Below are positions 61,714 to 64,000 of a stretch of 64,000 nt of DNA, piece by piece. The notes under the pieces were generated by a model. It saw only the letters and a program-made list of their open reading frames with translations. It searched no databases and was not told the origin of the DNA. The stretch is taken from contig CAVXWZ010000008.1 in the NCBI GenBank assembly GCA_963765575.1, positions 224,001 through 288,000 of the forward strand. The letters run 5' to 3'. The translations under genes and the position numbers were made by a program. The stretch comes from an uncultured cyanobacterium (GTDB lineage Bacteria > Cyanobacteriota > Cyanobacteriia > PCC-6307 > Cyanobiaceae). Numbering within the stretch: position 1 is the stretch's first letter; each line of letters starts with the position of its first letter.

Positions 61714-62430
61714 ATGAGCACACGCCCCTGGGCCACGATCCCCATCGAGGACGCCGGCGACCCCCTGGAGCCGCTGCCGAGCGCCCTGCGGCGGCTCGAA
61801 CCCCATCCCTACGCCGCGCTGGGAGCGCCCTACGGCAGGGCCGGTTCTCCGTTTCGGCTGCGCCCGGAGCTGAACCGGCGACTGCTCCAAGCCCAGGAGC
61901 TGCTGCGCCGGCAGCGGCCCGGCTGGGGGCTGGCCATCTTTGATGGCTGGCGGCCGCTGGCGGTGCAGGCCTTCATGGTGGAGCACGCGATCGCCTGCAG
62001 TTGCCGTGAGCGCGGCATCGACCCGGCCGTGGCCGGCGCCGCACGCCAGGCGGTGGTGGCGGAGGTGGGCCGCTTCTGGGCACCGCCCCATGCCGATCCG
62101 TCGGCGCCACCACCCCACAGCACCGGCGGCGCCGTGGATCTCACCCTGGCCGACGGCGACGCCGCGCCCCTGGACATGGGCTCAGCGATCGATGCCATCG
62201 GGGCGGTGTCGGAGCCCGACCACTTCCTGCAGGCCAGCCACAACTGCCGCGACCCGGAGCTGCTGGCTCGCTACCGCCAATGGCACCAGCGCCGCAGTCT
62301 GCTGCGCCAGGTGATGGAGCAGGCGGGCTTCGCCCAGCACCCCAACGAATGGTGGCACTTCAGCTGGGGCGATCAGCTCTGGGCCTGGCAGCGGGGGGAG
62401 CCCGTGGCTCACTACGGGCGGATGGGCTGA
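61714..62430 (+). CDS. D-Ala-D-Ala dipeptidase-like M15 metallopeptidase
   Basis: IFDGWRP, PHSTGGAVDLTL, NEWWHFS. Confidence 0.9.
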   Translation: MSTRPWATIPIEDAGDPLEPLPSALRRLEPHPYAALGAPYGRAGSPFRLRPELNRRLLQAQELLRRQRPGWGLAIFDGWRPLAVQAFMVEHAIACSCRERGIDPAVAGAARQAVVAEVGRFWAPPHADPSAPPPHSTGGAVDLTLADGDAAPLDMGSAIDAIGAVSEPDHFLQASHNCRDPELLARYRQWHQRRSLLRQVMEQAGFAQHPNEWWHFSWGDQLWAWQRGEPVAHYGRMG

Positions 62431-62440
62431 ACCGGGCGCT

Positions 62441-64000
62441 TCAGCCGGCGGCCACGGCCAGCAGCCGTTGCACCTCGTCGCGGCCACTCTTGACCACGAA
62501 ATCACCGAACCCGCGCCGCAGGCCGCTCTGACGCCAGGCCAGCAACAGCGGCTCGAGGGTGGCCTCCAGGTCGTCGAGGGGCATCTTCTCGAGGAAGGGC
62601 TCGGCCAGCCGGCTGAGCTGACCACTGCCGCCGAGCCACACCTGGTACTGATCGACACCGCTGCCCACCAGCCCCAGTTCGGCCATGTAGGGACGGGCGC
62701 AGCCGTTGGGACAGCCGGTCATGCGCACCAGAATCGGCTTCTCGATCTGCAGCCGGTCGAGCAGGCTTTCGAGCCGATCCAGCACCGCCGGGAAGATGCG
62801 CTCCGATTCGGTCACCGCCAGACCGCAGAGGGGCAGGGCGGGACAGGCGATTCCATGGCGTGCCAGCAGGGAGGTCTCCTCGGGCTTCTCCCAGCCGAGG
62901 GTCGCCAGTTCGGCCTTGAGGCTGGAGCGCTGGGCAGTGCCGATGTTGCAGAGCAGCAGGTCCTGGTTGGGGGTGATGCGCACCTCGAGCTTGTAGGTGT
63001 CCACGAGCTGCCGCAGCCCCGTTTTGCGCTCACCGCTGAGGCGACCACAGAGCAGGGGCAGGCCCACGAACCAGAGCCCCGGGCTTTGGCGGTGCCAGCC
63101 CAGGTAGTCCTCCAGCTTGGGGCGTGGCTCGTCGCGCAGGGGGCGGATCGGGTGCTGGAAGTAGGAGGCGCGCAGCTGGTCACGGAACCAGTCCACGCCG
63201 TGGTCGTGGATCAGGTATTTCATGCGCGCGTGGCGCCGCTGCTGGCGGTCACCGTGGTCGCGCTGCACGGCCACCACCGCCTGGACGAGATCCAGCACGT
63301 GCTCAACGGCCACGTAGCCGAGGGGATCGGCGGTGCGGGCGAAGGTCTCCTCCTTGTTGTGGGTGCGACCCATGCCACCGCCCACATAGACGTTGCAGCC
63401 CTGGGGCCGGCCCTGGGGATCGCAGAACAGCACCAGGCCGATGTCCTGGGTGAGCAGGTCCACCGAGTTGTCGCCGGGCACCGTGACGGCCACCTTGAAC
63501 TTGCGCGGCAGGTAGGTGCCGCCATAGAGCGGTTCGGCGCCATCACCACTGAACACAGCGCCCTCGCTCTGGCGCTCCTTCACCCGCCGCACCGCGGCAT
63601 TGGGCTTGATCCGCAAGCTCAGATCACCATCGACCCAGAGGTCGAGATAGGAGCCCTCGGCGGCCTGGGGGGCCAGCAGATCGGCGATGTCATCGGCGAG
63701 CTGGCGGGCCGCTGGATAGCCACCCTTGGCATAGGGGGCGGCCGGGGCCATCACGTTGCGGTTGATGTCACCGCAGGCGGCCAGGGTGGAGCCGAGGTGG
63801 CGCACGATCGTGCCGATCACCTCCTTGAGGTTGTCCTTGCGCACGCCATGCATCTGGAAGGCCTGGCGGGTGGTGGCGCGCAGGGTTCCATTGCCGAGCC
63901 GGTCGGCGAGGGAATCGAGGGCGAGATAGAGATCGGCGGGAATGCGCCCGCCGGGGCTGCGCAGGCGCAGCATCATCTGCCAGTCCTTTTCGCGCCCCTT
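62441..64000 (-). CDS. sir: ferredoxin-sulfite reductase (5' truncated by window edge)
   Basis: TTRQAFQMHG, ACGDINRN, YLPRKFK, CPALPLC, TGCPNGC. Confidence 0.94.
   Translation of the reverse strand, partial: KGREKDWQMMLRLRSPGGRIPADLYLALDSLADRLGNGTLRATTRQAFQMHGVRKDNLKEVIGTIVRHLGSTLAACGDINRNVMAPAAPYAKGGYPAARQLADDIADLLAPQAAEGSYLDLWVDGDLSLRIKPNAAVRRVKERQSEGAVFSGDGAEPLYGGTYLPRKFKVAVTVPGDNSVDLLTQDIGLVLFCDPQGRPQGCNVYVGGGMGRTHNKEETFARTADPLGYVAVEHVLDLVQAVVAVQRDHGDRQQRRHARMKYLIHDHGVDWFRDQLRASYFQHPIRPLRDEPRPKLEDYLGWHRQSPGLWFVGLPLLCGRLSGERKTGLRQLVDTYKLEVRITPNQDLLLCNIGTAQRSSLKAELATLGWEKPEETSLLARHGIACPALPLCGLAVTESERIFPAVLDRLESLLDRLQIEKPILVRMTGCPNGCARPYMAELGLVGSGVDQYQVWLGGSGQLSRLAEPFLEKMPLDDLEATLEPLLLAWRQSGLRRGFGDFVVKSGRDEVQRLLAVAAG

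Noticed and set aside
59183..61723. 846-aa antisense ORF, and similar long ORFs at 21717..23828, 4202..5962, 46379..48238 and 2297..4183
   Set aside because: Shadow frames opposite well-supported genes in high-GC DNA; no recognisable motifs.

Overview
High-GC picocyanobacterial chromosome segment (Cyanobium/Synechococcus-like, inferred from apcF, psb28, pcyA, GUN4, sipA, short cyanobacterial tsf and ferredoxin-sulfite reductase). Most of the window is housekeeping: dnaE 3' end, rpsO, ruvA, dnaG, umuDC, sdhCAB, gap, rsmA-ispE, pdhB-secDF, glnA, lspA-bioY, an M16 peptidase pair, pcyA-devBCA, rpsB-tsf, recG and the 3' part of sir. An accessory patch of about 11.5 kb lies between dnaG and umuC (about 5940-17490). 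It holds (i) decayed remnants (CDGSH mini-gene, HxlR, TetR, cupin, SulP); (ii) an intact DUF1611 + PLP-racemase pair whose putative promoter is overlapped by a perfect NtcA-type box and whose 100-nt leader can fold into three hairpins, one masking the Shine-Dalgarno; (iii) a MerR-type metal/redox module (multicopper oxidase, cytochrome b, single-domain globin, MerR, glutaredoxin-MauE, His-rich DUF305) with four promoter-like elements with 19-bp spacers, two forming a near-perfect inverted duplicate. Three small ORFs missing from the ORF track were found by eye. Several single-base frameshifts in core genes suggest assembly indel errors. No rRNA, tRNA, CRISPR, integrase or transposase was recognised. 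All family assignments come from motif recognition, not database searches.
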